Source: Eledone cirrhosa (lineage: Eukaryota). Taken from it: DNA of 64,000 bases. The stretch covers positions 30,628,001-30,692,000 of the forward strand of contig OZ024755.1 in NCBI GenBank assembly GCA_964016885.1, given 5' to 3'. Under the pieces are notes generated by a model. The model searched no databases, was not told the origin of the DNA, and saw only the letters and a program-made list of their open reading frames with translations. This document shows, in pieces, positions 1 through 13,350 of the stretch; the stretch's first letter is position 1; the number at the start of each line of letters is the position of its first letter. The position numbers were made by a program, and so were the translations under genes.

Positions 1-119
1 GACGTCTCAGCTGTCACAAAAAATTGATCCTTTTTTAGTCCAAGGCTAAATAAATACATTACTGTTTCAAATACAGCTGATTACACTAGTAAACAAATCA
101 GCCTAACATGTTGTAAAAC

Positions 120-271
<152 letters not shown>

Positions 272-500
272 TTAAAATAACAGATTAAAGTTTAAACAAA
301 GAAACGCTGCTTTCACCCTTAACGGGATCTTCTGAGTTTCAGAAGATCCCGTTAAGGGTGAAAGCAACGATTCTTTGCTTAAACTTTAATATGTTATATA
401 TATCAAAATATGTAAAACCATAGAGCAAATATTTATTAAAATATTATCCATATCCAACCCTTCTTCGGATTTTAGTCCTCACATTTATTATAAACTATAT
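272..500 (+). mobile_element. Fold-back element (PLE-terminus-like): ~60-bp arms centred at ~337 plus ~100-bp unpaired tail
   Basis: ctttcacccttaacgggatcttctga / tcagaagatcccgttaagggtgaaag are exact reverse complements with a 3-nt loop; TA tracts on both sides; degenerate hammerhead-like cagaaga-stem-gaaa. Confidence 0.7.
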
Positions 501-813
501 ATAGATGTAATGGCCACTATAAACCTGGTGAAGCCTATCCCTCTCCAGGTCTGAACACAAAAGAAGGAGAGTAATAGTGAGGAATCACTATCACTCTCCT
601 TCTCTTGTGAGAAGAAATATAAAGGAACTAATGACAAAATGTACTGGATTGGTACGTTTTATTGACCAGGAATGAACTAATGGCATTTAGAGAGACATTC
701 CAAACATCCCATACATAATTAAGAGCTTTGAACCCGGAATAAGTATAAGAGTTTCTGACATACTCTCAGATGGGTATTTTTAACAGGGCTACTCACTGCT
801 TTAATAATATATT

Positions 814-966
814 AATTGTTTCTACTTTTGGCACAAGGCCAGCAATTACCCACTACATTACTGGTACTTTATTTTATCGACCCGTAAGGATGAAAGGCAA
901 AGTTAACCTCGGCGGTGTTTGAACTCAGACCGTAAAGGGACGTAACTCTGCTGGAAAGCATGGCGT
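814..966 (-). mobile_element. tRNA-derived SINE family A, 5'-truncated
   Basis: Matches the ~190-bp repeat present >30 times in the window; B box and core gcctttcatccttacgggtcgataaaataaagtaccag. Confidence 0.92.
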
Positions 967-972
967 AATACA

Positions 973-1295
973 TATAAAAATGAGAAACCTCATCGCTAGA
1001 ACAGCCGTTAAAACAGCTAAATGATGTTAAAGGCAGCGATGGACAAAAATGCCTACCAGCGGTCAACAGAGAGACAATGCAAAATGACTGAAAGGGGAGG
1101 ATAACAAGGAGAAGTATGTTAGCGCATAGAAGTGACATGAAAAAACATCTTTGTCCATAGCTGTCTTTCACAACTGATAATTGTTTTAACGGCAGTTCTA
1201 GCGATAAGTTTTTTCATTTTTATACGAATTGAAATTCACTCACGCTTCATCCGAATCAGATACAACGTTGTTTGTTTTCATTTAATAATGTCATA
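973..1295 (+). mobile_element. Older fold-back element, arms 973-1051 / 1146-1224, plus tail
   Basis: tataaaaatgagaaacctcatcgctagaacagccgttaaaaca is mirrored at 1182-1224 with a few mismatches; gatggacaaaaatg is mirrored by catctttgtccat. Confidence 0.7.
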
Positions 1296-1741
1296 TATTA
1301 GTTAAAAATTACACCAGTGGGTCACAATTATGCATGTAACCTCAACCTATATACCAATGCAATAAGGACATTTTTTTATCGACATATTTCGTATAGACTA
1401 TCATTGAACTCGGCTGTTACTGTTCATATAGCCAGGTCTAGCTCTAGTATGAGAAAACATTGAACTAACATACAAATCCAATAAACTTGCAACCCAAACC
1501 AGTAATGCTAGTTATTTTCCTCTGCAGAAGTCAGTAACGAAAAAATAAATAAAACAACTCATAGCACTATACATTCTATTCTCTAATGAAACTTATTAGA
1601 ATCTTTGTGTTCCTTCGTTTCGAAATCGGAATTTCTTCTAAGATAAAACAAATATATTTCATTGAAGTAAAAATGTCTATAGCATTTAAGATACGTATAC
1701 AACAGTTTATAAATATAAGAAACACTTTTAGAATATTGATG

Positions 1742-2212
1742 ACTAGCAGTGGTACCCGGCGTTGCACGGGATAAGGTATTGTGAAATAAATAACCGCCTT
1801 AGCTCAGCTTAATATTGCCACAACCACGGCTGGCAAAGAAGTAAGGGCCTGGTGGTACGTAAGTAAGCAACACTGTGGCTTAAAACGCGAGGAAGAAGTT
1901 GTGTGCACTTACCAACTGTTTGGGGAATGAGTGTGCGATTTGTCTTGAGCAAGGGTGGCAGAATAACCGGATGCAGCAGACAGCCAGACATACAGACAGA
2001 TATTATTAGGCCGCGACGTTATACGTATGTATCTATCTAAAAAGAGAAAGACTAAGAATTATAGAGAGAGATCGCTAAATCGCTTAATGCGGTCCCTAGG
2101 GCATTGAAAATTTGAAAAGAATTTTGCTCAGAACACTCCCTGAAACATAAGTATTACATGTGTAAAGTTTGAAAACAGTCGGCTGGGTGCTTCTCTAGTT
2201 TTAGGGATTCAA

Positions 2213-2243
<31 letters not shown>

Positions 2244-2270
2244 GACATCCTCAGTTATATATATAGAGAT
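1742..2270 (+). mobile_element. Helitron/Helentron-like non-autonomous (HINE-type) repeat, possibly nested
   Basis: 5' actag followed by hairpin cccggcgttgcacggg; subterminal (CA)n/(GACA)n and a tatatagagat end, as typical of HINE/DINE-1-like elements. Confidence 0.55.
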
Positions 2271-2484
2271 GATGGTGATGGCGATGTTGATGATGATGAT
2301 GATGACGATGATGATGATGACGACGATGACGATGATGATGATGATGACGATGACGATGATGACGATGATGATGATGATGACGATGTTGATGATGACGATG
2401 ACGATGATGACGATGATGACGATGATCATGATGGCGATGAGGATCATGATGGCGATGATGATTAAGATGGCGATGATGATTAAG
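2268..2484. repeat. (GAT/GAC)n trinucleotide microsatellite
   Basis: Direct reading. Confidence 0.95.
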
Positions 2485-2530
2485 ACCCCGTAAGGATGAA
2501 AGGCAAAGTTAACCTCGACGGGATAATAAT

Positions 2531-2722
2531 AATTGTTTCTACATTTGGCACAAGGCCAGCAATTACCCCAGTGTATTACTGGTACTTTATTTTATCGACC
2601 CCCGTAAGGATGAAAGGCAAAGTTAACCTCTGCGGGATTTGAACTCAGAATGGAAAGAGCCGCCGTAACTCTTTGCGTCAAAGCATGGCTGGTTTCTTAT
2701 ATAGGCACAAGACCAGCAATTT
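2531..2722 (-). mobile_element. SINE family A copy plus tail of a second copy
   Basis: Reverse-complement match to family A. Confidence 0.9.
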
Positions 2723-2724
2723 GT

Positions 2725-3851
2725 AGTGCTGGAGATGGTGGTGGTGGTGGTGGTGCTGGAGATGGTGGTGGTGGTGGTGGTGATGGTGATGGAGGTGGAG
2801 GTGGTGGAGGTGATAGTGTTGGTGGTAGTGTTGGTGGTGGTGGTGGTGGTGGTGCTGGTGGTGGTGGTGGTGCTGGTGGAGATGGAGGTGATAGTGTTGG
2901 TGGTGGCGATGGAGGTGATAGTGTTGGTGGTGGTGGTGGTGATAGTGTTGGTGGTGTTGGTGGTGGTGGTGATAGTGTTGGTGGTGTTGGTGGTGGTGGT
3001 GGTGGTGATAGTGTTGGTGGTGGTGATGGAAGTGATAGTGTTGATGGTGGTGATAGTGTTGGTTGTGTTGGTAGTGGTAGTGGTGGTGGTGATAGTGTTG
3101 CTGGTGTTGTAGGTGGAAGTTATAGTGTTGGTGGTGGAGGTTATAGTGTTGGAGGTGGTGGTGGTGTTGGTGGTGGTGTTGGCAGTGGTGTTGGAAGTGT
3201 TGGTGGTGGTGTTGGAAGTGTTGGTGGTGGAGGTGTTAGTGTTGGTGGTGGTGATAGTGTTGGTGTTGGTGATAGTGTTGGTGTTGGTGATAGTGTTGGT
3301 GGTGGTGGTGGAGGTGGTGGAGGTGTTGGTGGTGGAGGTGATAGTGTTGGAAGTGTTGGTGGTGTAAGTGTTGGTGGTGGAGGTGTTAGTGTTGGTGGTG
3401 GTGGTGGTGATAGTGTTGGTGGTGGTGGTGGAGGTGGTGGAGGTGATAGTGTTGGTGGTGGTGGTGGTGGAGGTGGTGATGGTGATGGAGGTGGTGTTGG
3501 TGGTGATAGTGTTGGTGGTGGTGGTGGAGGTGGTGGAGGTGATAGTGTTGGTGGTGGTGGTGGTGGAGGTGGTGATGGTGATGGAGGTGGTGTTGGTGGT
3601 GATAGTGTTGGTGGTGGTGGTGGAGGTGATAGTGTTGGTGGTGGTGGTGGTGGTGGTGGTGATGGTGATGGAGGTGGTGTTGGTGGTGATAGTGTTGGTG
3701 GTGGTGGTGGAGGTGGTGGAGGTGATAGTGTTGGTGGTGGTGGTGGTGGAGGTGGTGATGGTGATGGAGGTGGTGTTGGTGGTGATAGTGTTGGTGGTGA
3801 TAGTGTTGGTGGTGGTGGAGGTGGTGGAGGTGATAGTGTTGGTGGTAGTGT

Positions 3852-3882
<31 letters not shown>

Positions 3883-4965
3883 GGTGGTGCTGGTGGTGGT
3901 GGTGGTGCTGGTGGAGATGGAGGTGATAGTGTTGGTGGTGGCGATGGAGGTGATAGTGTTGGTGGTGGTGGTGGTGATAGTGTTGGTGGTGTTGGTGGTG
4001 GTGGTGATAGTGTTGGTGGTGTTGGTGGTGGTGGTGGTGGTGATAGTGTTGGTGGTGGTGATGGAAGTGATAGTGTTGATGGTGGTGATAGTGTTGGTTG
4101 TGTTGGTAGTGGTAGTGGTGGTGGTGATAGTGTTGCTGGTGTTGTAGGTGGAAGTTATAGTGTTGGTGGTGGAGGTTATAGTGTTGGAGGTGGTGGTGGT
4201 GTTGGTGGTGGTGTTGGCAGTGGTGTTGGAAGTGTTGGTGGTGGTGTTGGAAGTGTTGGTGGTGGAGGTGTTAGTGTTGGTGGTGGTGATAGTGTTGGTG
4301 TTGGTGATAGTGTTGGTGGTGGTGGTGGAGGTGGTGGAGGTGTTGGTGGTGGAGGTGATAGTGTTGGAAGTGTTGGTGGTGTAAGTGTTGGTGGTGGAGG
4401 TGTTAGTGTTGGTGGTGGTGGTGGTGATAGTGTTGGTGGTGGTGGTGATAGTGTTGGTGGTGGTGGTAGTGTTGGTGGTGAAGGTGGTGGAGGTGTTAGT
4501 GTTGGTGGAGGTGGTGGAGGTGGTGGAGGTGGTGGTGGTGGTGGAGGTGGTGGAGGTGTGGTGGTGGTGGAGGTGGTGGTGGTGGAGGTGGTGGTGGTGG
4601 AGGTGTTGGTGGTGGAGGTGTTGGTGTTGGTGGTGGAGTTAGTGTTGGTGGTGGTTATAGTGTTGGTGGTGGTGGTGGTGGTGGTGGTGGTGGTGATAGT
4701 GTTGGTGGTGGAGGTGATAGCGTTGGTGGTGGTGGTGGTGGTGGTGGAGGTGGTGGAGGAGGTGGTGGTGGTGGAGTTGGTGGAGGAGGTAGTGGTGGTG
4801 GTGGTGGAGGTGATAGTTTTGGTGGTGGTGGTGGTGGAGGTGATGGAGGTGATAGTGTTGGTGGAGATGATAGTGTTGGTGGTGGTGGAGATGATAGTGT
4901 TGGTGGTGGTGGAGGTGATAGTGTTGGTGGTGGTGGAGGTGATAGTGTTGGTGGAGGTGGTGAAT
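2725..4965. repeat. Complex (GGT)n-based G-rich array with a 1035-bp-offset internal duplication
   Basis: ggt/gat/agt/gtt triplets; distinctive block gttgtaggtggaagttatagt occurs at ~3106 and ~4141. Confidence 0.95.
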
Positions 4966-5140
4966 TGGGTGAGGGTGAAAATTTGGTCAATTTTAGTTGT
5001 AAGGATTAACTGTTGTTATCAAATATCAACCAAGATATTAAAAAAAATTGTACATAAATTGTAGCGCATATACAAATAGATGTGAGTTTTAGTAGTTTGG
5101 GGAGAAAAAAAGTATAATTATTGAGGAGCCATAAGCTCTT

Positions 5141-5185
<45 letters not shown>

Positions 5186-5396
5186 AAATCCACCACCCCT
5201 GATAAGGATATACATGTCTGTAGAATATTCAACCATTCACACTTAAATTTCACGTTCCCAGAGAAAAAAGAAAGAAAATCTGTCTCAATCTCCTTGATGA
5301 AAATTTCATCCCTGAATGTAAAGGATTTATTCCAATCATGATTGATCGTTTTGATTTGATTTTCAATTTAAAATTTCTTCATGTTATGATATCTGA

Positions 5397-5523
5397 ATTT
5401 ACGATCTGAGTTCAAATCCCGCCGAGGTTGACTTTGCCTTTCATCCTTACGGGGTCGATAAAATAAAGTAACAGTAATGCACTGGGTAATTTGCTGGCCT
5501 GGTGCCTAAAGTAGAAACAGTTA
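5397..5523 (+). mobile_element. SINE family A, 5'-truncated
   Basis: B box gagttcaaatcc, core and tail present; flanked by direct repeat tgatatctgaat. Confidence 0.9.
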
Positions 5524-6049
5524 TGATATCTGAATGATTCGAGAGTTGTTTCCCTTGTTCTTATTACACCAGCCTAACAGTATCTGCTACTGATGCTATT
5601 CCTTCCTGAGAAACTCTAACTAAACTAGGTATATGCCCATAGTAATGCGGTTTTGTAAATTCGTAACTCTATTTGAGGGCCCTTAAATAGTCGCTCAACC
5701 TGCAACAAATCGCAAACTAATTTTCCGTAAATTAAGCCTTAATGAGTAATGGCCATATTTGGTAATGGTTTCATGAATATACTATGCCTAGGGTGATGAT
5801 GGGATGGTTACCGGCCGGTACAGCTCCCATGACTTTCAGAAACATTTGTTCACGCTCAGAGTTGCTGAAGCATGAAACAACCTACCTGCCGGGAGACGGC
5901 ATCTTTCAAAACTACCATGCTTCCCGAAATTCGCCAACGCTACACCTGATATCCCCCCCCCCCTCTCCATCACATGCACGCATGTGTCTGTCTGCGTGTC
6001 ACTTTCCTTGTATATTTTTCTACGTACTATACATGCACCCTAGCACTAT

Positions 6050-6376
6050 CTATCTATTACTAAACGTCTGTGATTGCTTGTTTGTCTGTTATGTAATACA
6101 GCCAAAAGGGCTCATAATGGGAAAATACTTTGAACGGAAGTTGCCCCTGAAATGGAAATACAAATCGAATAAAACAAATTTCGCTTAAATCGAAGCACAG
6201 GTTCCCAAGATATGGGATCTTCTGGGTACTTTCATAAACAGAGAGGGGGAGAGAAAGATATATATATATATATATATATATATAGTAGATGTGAGAGAGT
6301 AGATTGAATGAGACATAGAGAGAGGGAGAGGAGACAGAAAATGAGAATGGAAGAGAGAGAGCTGGTGGTGTTGTTG
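6050..6376 (-). mobile_element. Dispersed repeat homologous to 47735-48050 (Helitron/HINE-like)
   Basis: Shared aacaacaccaccagctctctc and tatct-gggaacc-gtgct-cgattta-gcgaaa segments in opposite orientation. Confidence 0.7.
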
Positions 6377-6453
6377 TATATATATATATATATATATATG
6401 AGTGTGTGCTTATATATATGTGTGTGTGTAGACACAGACACCCACACATATAT

Positions 6454-6490
<37 letters not shown>

Positions 6491-6491
<1 letters not shown>

Positions 6492-6850
6492 GGTGGCTGC
6501 CAACTCGTTTTCGAGTACGGCCACTACTTTATATCCATGTAGGAGAACCCCTACCGATGCGCTGAATGAGTGTGACTTTTTAGTCCAGCCAGTGACTTGA
6601 AATCTCTGGTACAAACGCTACACTTGTGACAATTATTGGCACATAGTGCTGGGCCCGTGGTACCATGTGATGACAAGTGCAGAGATCTCCAGATATAAAC
6701 TTTGATATAACACCTGCAACTCTGATGGTATCCAATGATGTTGACTTGCTCTTCTTTTTGGTAAATATCATCTTGGTTAAGAGAGTGGGACTGGCTTTGT
6801 GCAGTGCCTTTGCTCACTATAAAAGCTTCACGGCACAGGCATTGCTTTAT
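6491..6850 (-). mobile_element. Non-autonomous RTE-derived element with 5' inversion
   Basis: 6491-6698 is the family 3' end on minus (C2H2 remnant [22 protein letters not shown]); 6698-6850 is the adjacent upstream part on plus; compare colinear copies at 27047 and 53719. Confidence 0.85.
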
Positions 6851-7079
6851 ATATATATATATACAAACACACACACACATATATATATACAAACACACGC
6901 ATTTATATATATATATACATACACACATATATATATATATGGGCCTCCCAGTTTCATTTCACATTATATAAAAGGCTGTGTATATTTTAATTATTTAAAA
7001 ATTATTTTTAAGTGAACATTATTATTTTAAAATATCTTGAAGAGAACGTCACCCAACGGGTCATGGGTGGTCTAATAAA

Positions 7080-7449
7080 GGCAGTATCGGTAGAGAGTCG
7101 GACGCCATGTTTTTCAGCAAAGAGTTACGGCCCTTTGCGGTCTCAATTCAAACCCCACCGAGGTTAACTTAGCCTTTCATCCTTACGGGATCAATAAAAT
7201 AAAGTACCAGTAATGTACTGGAGTAATTGCTGGCCTTGTGCCAAAAGTAGAAACAATTATTATTTGGCAGTATTGGTAGAGGGTTGGACGCCATGTTTTC
7301 TAGCATAGTTACGTCCCTTTACAGTTCGAGTTCAAATCCCGCCGAAGTGAACTTTGCCTTTCATCCTTACGGGGTCAATAAAATAAAGTACCAGTAATGT
7401 ACTGGGGTAATATCTGGCCTTGTGCCAAAAGTAGAAACAATTATTATTA
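7080..7449 (+). mobile_element. Head-to-tail pair of SINE family A
   Basis: Two A-box/B-box/core/tail units. Confidence 0.92.
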
Positions 7450-7728
7450 TAACAGCGAACAATATTTTCATATATCAACGTTGAATTATCTACCTTGTCA
7501 AACAGGGTATGCAGAGTTGTTTCCCATACAGAAGTTTACTTTTTTTTTTTTTCTGTAATTTGTGAGTTCTTGTTCGGTAAGAAAAGAAACTAAAAAATAT
7601 AACACAGGCATATACACATACACACTCACAGTGTTAGGTTTTGTTACGAATACATATAGGCACCGGAATACGTAGTTCTGGCTACAATCTCACTGTATGA
7701 CCTCTTAGTATGGTTTTATATCTATATC

Positions 7729-7939
<211 letters not shown>

Positions 7940-8057
7940 TAGTGGCTCCAATTTGCAAAAATTCTTGTGGTCAACACAATTTTGATTGGTCGGTAGAGGT
8001 CATGTGAATAAAAAATTTGTTTTGCGCCAAGATTGAGAAATGACTCTTTCACAACAA

Positions 8058-8121
<64 letters not shown>

Positions 8122-8189
8122 TAGTAGTAGTAGTAATGTGTTCGATGTTGTGATAATGGTTAGCAGCGATGTGTGTCAAATGGCTATTA

Positions 8190-9622
8190 AGATCGGGGAA
8201 CAAGTCCGGCATATTAATATATAGTTCGTAGGGCAGACCATCGAGTCCTGGAGATTTGCGTTTGCCGCATAGGCTCAGCACATCCCCTATTTCAGCAGCT
8301 GAGATCGGCCCGTCGCAGGACCTCGCCTCCCTGTCCGAAAGACGCGGCAGGCCGTCGAGGTATGGACCGAAATCCATATCTCCAACCGGCTCCCCACCCC
8401 TCCCGAACAATTGGGCAAAGTGCCTTTGAAAGGCCTCGCACATTTGCTTAGGTTCAAGGATCACCCGTCCATCCTGGTCTCGCAAAGACCGGATAGTGGA
8501 TTTAATCCCACTTTTCGCTTCTGTCACGCGGGCCCAGCTAACAGCTTTGGTCCCCTCGTTTCCCAGAGCACGTATTTTGCTTCGGACAACGCAGCCTTCG
8601 TGTTTCGCGTCGAAGAACTGGTTCAAGACCGTTCTCGACGCTTGCACTCTGGCCACGTTGCCGCTTCTCATTGCCTCTTCAACATTAACTACCAACTCCC
8701 TTTCCTTCCTATTTCTATCTGAGGCTAACTCCTTACTAACTCCTATTGAAACTACTCTAATCTCTCTTTTTAGAGAGCCCCACCACCTGTTGTTGACGAT
8801 GGCGCCCGTCAACTGCTCCTTAACTAAGGTTCTAATCCGGTCCCTGTAAGCTCTACTTGCCGGTAAGGACAAGTTGAGCTTCCAGTAACCGGGCCCCTGC
8901 CTATGCGTTCTATCAAGGTGGACTACGCAGGTCACTAACTTGTGGTCTGAATAGCCCACCATGAGCATTTCTGGACAACTTAAAAAGTCCCTATCCTTAA
9001 TTCTAACTAAGAACCTATCTAGGTACGATCTAGATTGACCACTGTTATTTGACCAGGTCCAGGTTGGTACAGTCGGAAAATCTAGTCGGTATCTATCGGC
9101 CAGGTCGAATCGGCCGATTAACCCCTTAAGGCTGTTACACCCCCCTCTATCGGGACATGCCCCTACATAGTCCCAACGTGCATCTAGGATACCATTCCAG
9201 TCCCCCACTAAAAGCAAGGAGCGGGACGTCCCTAGAAAAGTCTCCAGACGATGGAAGAAGTCCGACCGCATTGCCCCGAAAGGGGCGTATACTGCGACAA
9301 GCCTAAAAGCTTCGCCTTCGCCATTGCCAAGGTCCAGAACCACGAGTCGACCCTCCGGGTCCAAGTGTACCGTCTGTGTAGCGAGACCCAGATGTTTTTG
9401 CAGCAGAACGACAACCCCACCCCCACCTCCAGGCTGACAGAGAGATGCGTGCATCTCAAAGTCATCAAAGGTGGGGGTTAGCTGTCGCATGCTGCTGATC
9501 CGGGCCTCGCAAATAACCATCACATTTACACATTGTGACCTGAGGTCACTTAGAAGTTTAGCTTGCTTCCAAGGTGAGCCCAGGCCACGCGCATTTAGAC
9601 AACCTACTCTTAAGACAGCCAT
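8190..9622 (-). pseudogene. LINE ORF2: apurinic-like endonuclease, linker and start of RT (truncated)
   Basis: Motifs LNARGL, VYAP, GDWN, LDRF, SDH, GPGYWKLN, KSPGLDGLPYELY; homology stops near 8190 and the frame then runs into microsatellite. Confidence 0.9.
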
Positions 9623-9676
9623 GTTGGTGGCAAAGAAAGAGGCACTTACCTCTCTGCGTCCCGGGGTTCGGGTCGC

Positions 9677-11386
9677 TCAGTTTCCATGGGGCTGGTGGAG
9701 GGGTTGATGGGTGGGGTGGTGGTTTGGGGTGGTGGTTTGTGGTGGTGTGGGGGTATTAGTGTGTGGAGGGGTTGGGATCTTTGGAGTTGTGTGGGTGTTT
9801 GAGGAGGGGAGGGGAAAACCTTTCAGGAGGACGCGGTTGAGTGGCCTGGTGCAGGGTGGGCCCACGTCCTCAGGGTAAATGTCTTTCAAAGTTTTGAAAA
9901 TCTCAAGTGGGATTTTCACCATTTTCAGGTTAGGGAGCCCCATTGCCGTTACGAAATTCGGCCCTTCGGTTTGTATCGAAGGGTTGGTTTCTATTTTTAA
10001 AGTTAGGTTTTCATTGTTTTTGTTTATGTATGTGTAGAGTTTCTGTGTTGTTGTGTTTGTTTTTGCTTGTTGTTGTTGAGTGAGTTTGCGTTTTATTGTC
10101 TGTGTTGTGTTGTCAGGTGGGGTTATTTTTGTTTGTGTGGTGTGTGTACGTTTTTTTCTTTTCACTTTTTGGAAGGGAGCCCCCTCGTCTTCCGACGATA
10201 TGAGCTCCTCTTCCGTATTGGAGGGGAGGGGTATATCTCCGGGTTGTGTATGAACTGTTTTTGTATTTGTGTTCTGTGGGTGGGGCTGGGTGGGACCGTG
10301 TTTTTGGGTTGTTTTCTTGAGCTGTCGTTGATGTTGTTGTTGTGGTGGTGGTGTTGTTGGTTTTTGTTGTCGTTCTGGTGGTGATGGGAGTGTATTTTAT
10401 TGTTTTTGTGATGGTGGTGCTGGTTGTTTTTGTTGTTGTTGTGATGTTTGTAGCAGTGGTTTTTTTGTTGTTAGTAGAGGGCAGGCCGTCCTCAGGTGAC
10501 CTCTTCCAGCGCAGTGGTAACATGAGGGTCTCCTGCCTTCCACTGTGATATTTATGAAGGTTCGCCCATCCAGTAGCACTCGGTCGGGTATTCCGGAGAT
10601 TCTCTCAGGTGTCATCTGTAAGAGAACCTCCAGACTTTTCCCCCCGAACAGTCCACTGGTGGACTCCCCTGCTGAAATAAGTATATCCTTATCTAGGTCG
10701 GTAAATCCTGTTAGGACAGACCAGATGTTAATTTCCGGCGTTGGGCTCCACATTCTTATTCTTTGTGTTCTTCTTCCTTTATATGTGGGGAAGAAGGTGT
10801 ATTGTGGTGACACTATAGGTGCCACCGAATACTTTTGCGCCAGCATTTCGTCCTTCGTTCGGACCATAATGCTGGCATACAGCTTTCCTCTTTGAATAAA
10901 GAGTATGTCGTTTTTAATTTCTTTCAGAACCAGCTCAATTTGACTTTCGGTCAATTGCGCTGGCTTTCTTTTTTCGTTGGTTATGGTTCTGTAGGTTACG
11001 GTATTCTTATAAACCTGTTGACGCACTTCTTCTGGGGAGTTGATCGTAAAAGAACCATCCTCCCCAAAAGATACGTATTTTCTAGCCTCTAGCAAATTTT
11101 CCTTGGCGTTCGTGATGTCTATGGGTTTGTATTCCGTGGCTTTCCTGAGTGTTTGGGCAAAAGAAATTTTGTCTTTGTTTGTTGTTGTAATGTTGTTGGT
11201 TTCCTTATTTGTGGTGTTATTTTTTTCCTCAAAATTAAGTTTTTCATTTGAATTAATATTCTTCTTTTTTTTCATTGGAGAGGAGGGGCTGTTCAACAGT
11301 TTGAACTGTTGTTTCCTCTTTCCTGCTTGTTTTTTTGGCGTTCGCTTCCAATATGGCGATATCGTTTTCGACGATATCGTTATCAA
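9677..11386 (-). pseudogene. LINE ORF1 (gag-like, zinc knuckle), apparently frameshifted over three frames
   Basis: ITVEGRRPSCYHCAGRGHLRTAC CCHC motif; overlapping ORFs 10113-10523 and 9677-10165 continue a Thr/Lys-rich C-terminus. Confidence 0.78.
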
Positions 11387-11653
11387 CGATATCGATAAAG
11401 ATTTTTGAATTAATTATTTTTCACCCCAAAAGGGGTGAAAATATAATTACCCTACGTCTATAGTCCCAGACTAGGGGTTAGAGTTAATAATACAAAAGAA
11501 TTCAAATAATTCACTCACAAATATAGCAGGTAAAAATCCCAAATCGCAGAGCCGATTTGAAACACGTCTACTATCCTCAGACAGACAGACAGACAGACAT
11601 GTGAATATGTATCAGTTTAAATACCGAATCCTAATAGAACCTTAGTACTATAA

Positions 11654-12048
11654 GGGCGGTGGATTGGCAGTATCGGTAGAGGGTCGGACGCCATGCTTTG
11701 ACGCATAGAGTTACGGTCCTTGCCATTCTGAGTTCAAATCCCGCCGAGGTTAACTTTGCCTTTCATCCTTTCGGGGTCGATAAAATAAAGTACCAGTAAT
11801 GCACTGGGTAATTGCTGGCCTTGTGCCAAATGTAGAAACAGTTATTTAGTACTATAAGGGCGGTGGATTGGCAGAATCAGTAGAGGGTTGGACGCCATGC
11901 TTTCCAGCATAGTTACATCTCTTTACGATCTGAGTTCAAATCCCGCCGAGGTTGACTTTGCCTTTCATCCTTACGGGGTCGATAAAATAAAGTACCAGTA
12001 ATGCACTGGGTAATTGCTGGCCTTGTGCCTAAAGTAGAAACAGTTATT
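11654..12048 (+). mobile_element. Tandem pair of full-length SINE family A
   Basis: Both units start ttagtactataagggcggtggattggcag; A box tggcagtatcgg, B box gagttcaaatcc. Confidence 0.93.
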
Positions 12049-12301
12049 TAGTAATATATGTCGTTACTCATGGTTCCTGACACAGGATCTTCACGAGATG
12101 TAGTCCACATCAACTACAAAGGTAATAAGAATGGTAGTTTTCAGACCAGGTTGAAAATACATGACGTACTTTATGATAAAGTTAGAAATAAACTTTTTTT
12201 AGTTTTTAAATCCCGAGTGTTGGTTTCCGTTTTATATAAAATAATTTTCATTGTCTTAATCAAGTTTTTCTTTAGCTCGCATTTCAAGTGGGTTAAGGAT
12301 A

Positions 12302-12420
<119 letters not shown>

Positions 12421-12607
12421 CGCCTCTGTATGTGGGTGTGAGGGTGTGCGTGTTTTATAATCATTTAATGTTTACACTTTTTTGCTGGCCTGTTGCTATA
12501 CTTAGCAAGTATGTAGGTGGTCTGGTCACTTGACATGTTTCACAAACAGCTGAATCCTCTTTAAATTATACGTTGCTATCGTTAAAACAGAGGGACACGA
12601 TCAATAA

Positions 12608-12796
12608 ATGTTTCTACTTTTGGCACAAGGCCAGCAATTACACCAGTGCATTACTGGTACTTTATTTTATCGATCCCGTAAGGATGAAAGGCAAAGTTAA
12701 CCTCAGCGGGATTTGTACTCAGGCAGTGAATGGCCATAACTCTGTGCTGCAAAACATGGCGTCCAACCCTCTGAGGATACTGCCAATCCACCGCCC
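12608..12796 (-). mobile_element. SINE family A
   Basis: Full-length reverse-complement match. Confidence 0.9.
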
Positions 12797-13350
12797 AATC
12801 CACGAACACGTTCAATAATGTTGTGAAGATGTAGTAGCTGTCATGCTTGGAACGTCTTTTATTGTCGGTCAACTGGATGGTGGGTGATATGGAATTAAAC
12901 AATGAAAACATCATCAGTACCAGCAACACTACTACTTATCATTCTCAACGACAAACATATCCTGTTGTAGACATTCTCATGTTATATCAAAATAGTTTGT
13001 TAAAGAAGAACTCCATACTTAAACATATTAGAATTACACACCTGGTAGACACCCCCATTACAAATGCCATAGACTATTTGGAAAAATAATTAGGATTGCC
13101 TTCCACAAAACACTAATTAAGTTATTTGTGGAAAAATATTTAATGGGCTGTTTAGTTGCCAGCTGCAAGGAAAACACGATATTAAGCAAAATCTAATATC
13201 ATTTATTCCGACAAGTCTATGAGATAGAACTGGATATGCTTAGGTCTGAAATAGGCTAAAAGTAACTTGCTTAACTATTAGTTTTTCATGTCGATGGCGT
13301 CCATGAATAATTTCTTCACATATTTATTTTCTAAAACATGTTCATTTTGT

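Larger units (their letters stand above)
8190..11580 (-). mobile_element. Tx1/L1-clade non-LTR retrotransposon with 5' UTR, ORF1 and ORF2, 3'-truncated
   Basis: ORF1 with CCHC knuckle followed by APE-RT ORF2; 5' end abuts (GACA)n at ~11578-11598. Confidence 0.88.

Noticed and set aside
2650-5064. 804-aa Gly/Val-rich ORF as a structural protein gene
   Set aside because: ATG lies inside a SINE and the frame is a triplet-repeat array that switches from poly-Gly to poly-Val; no gene context
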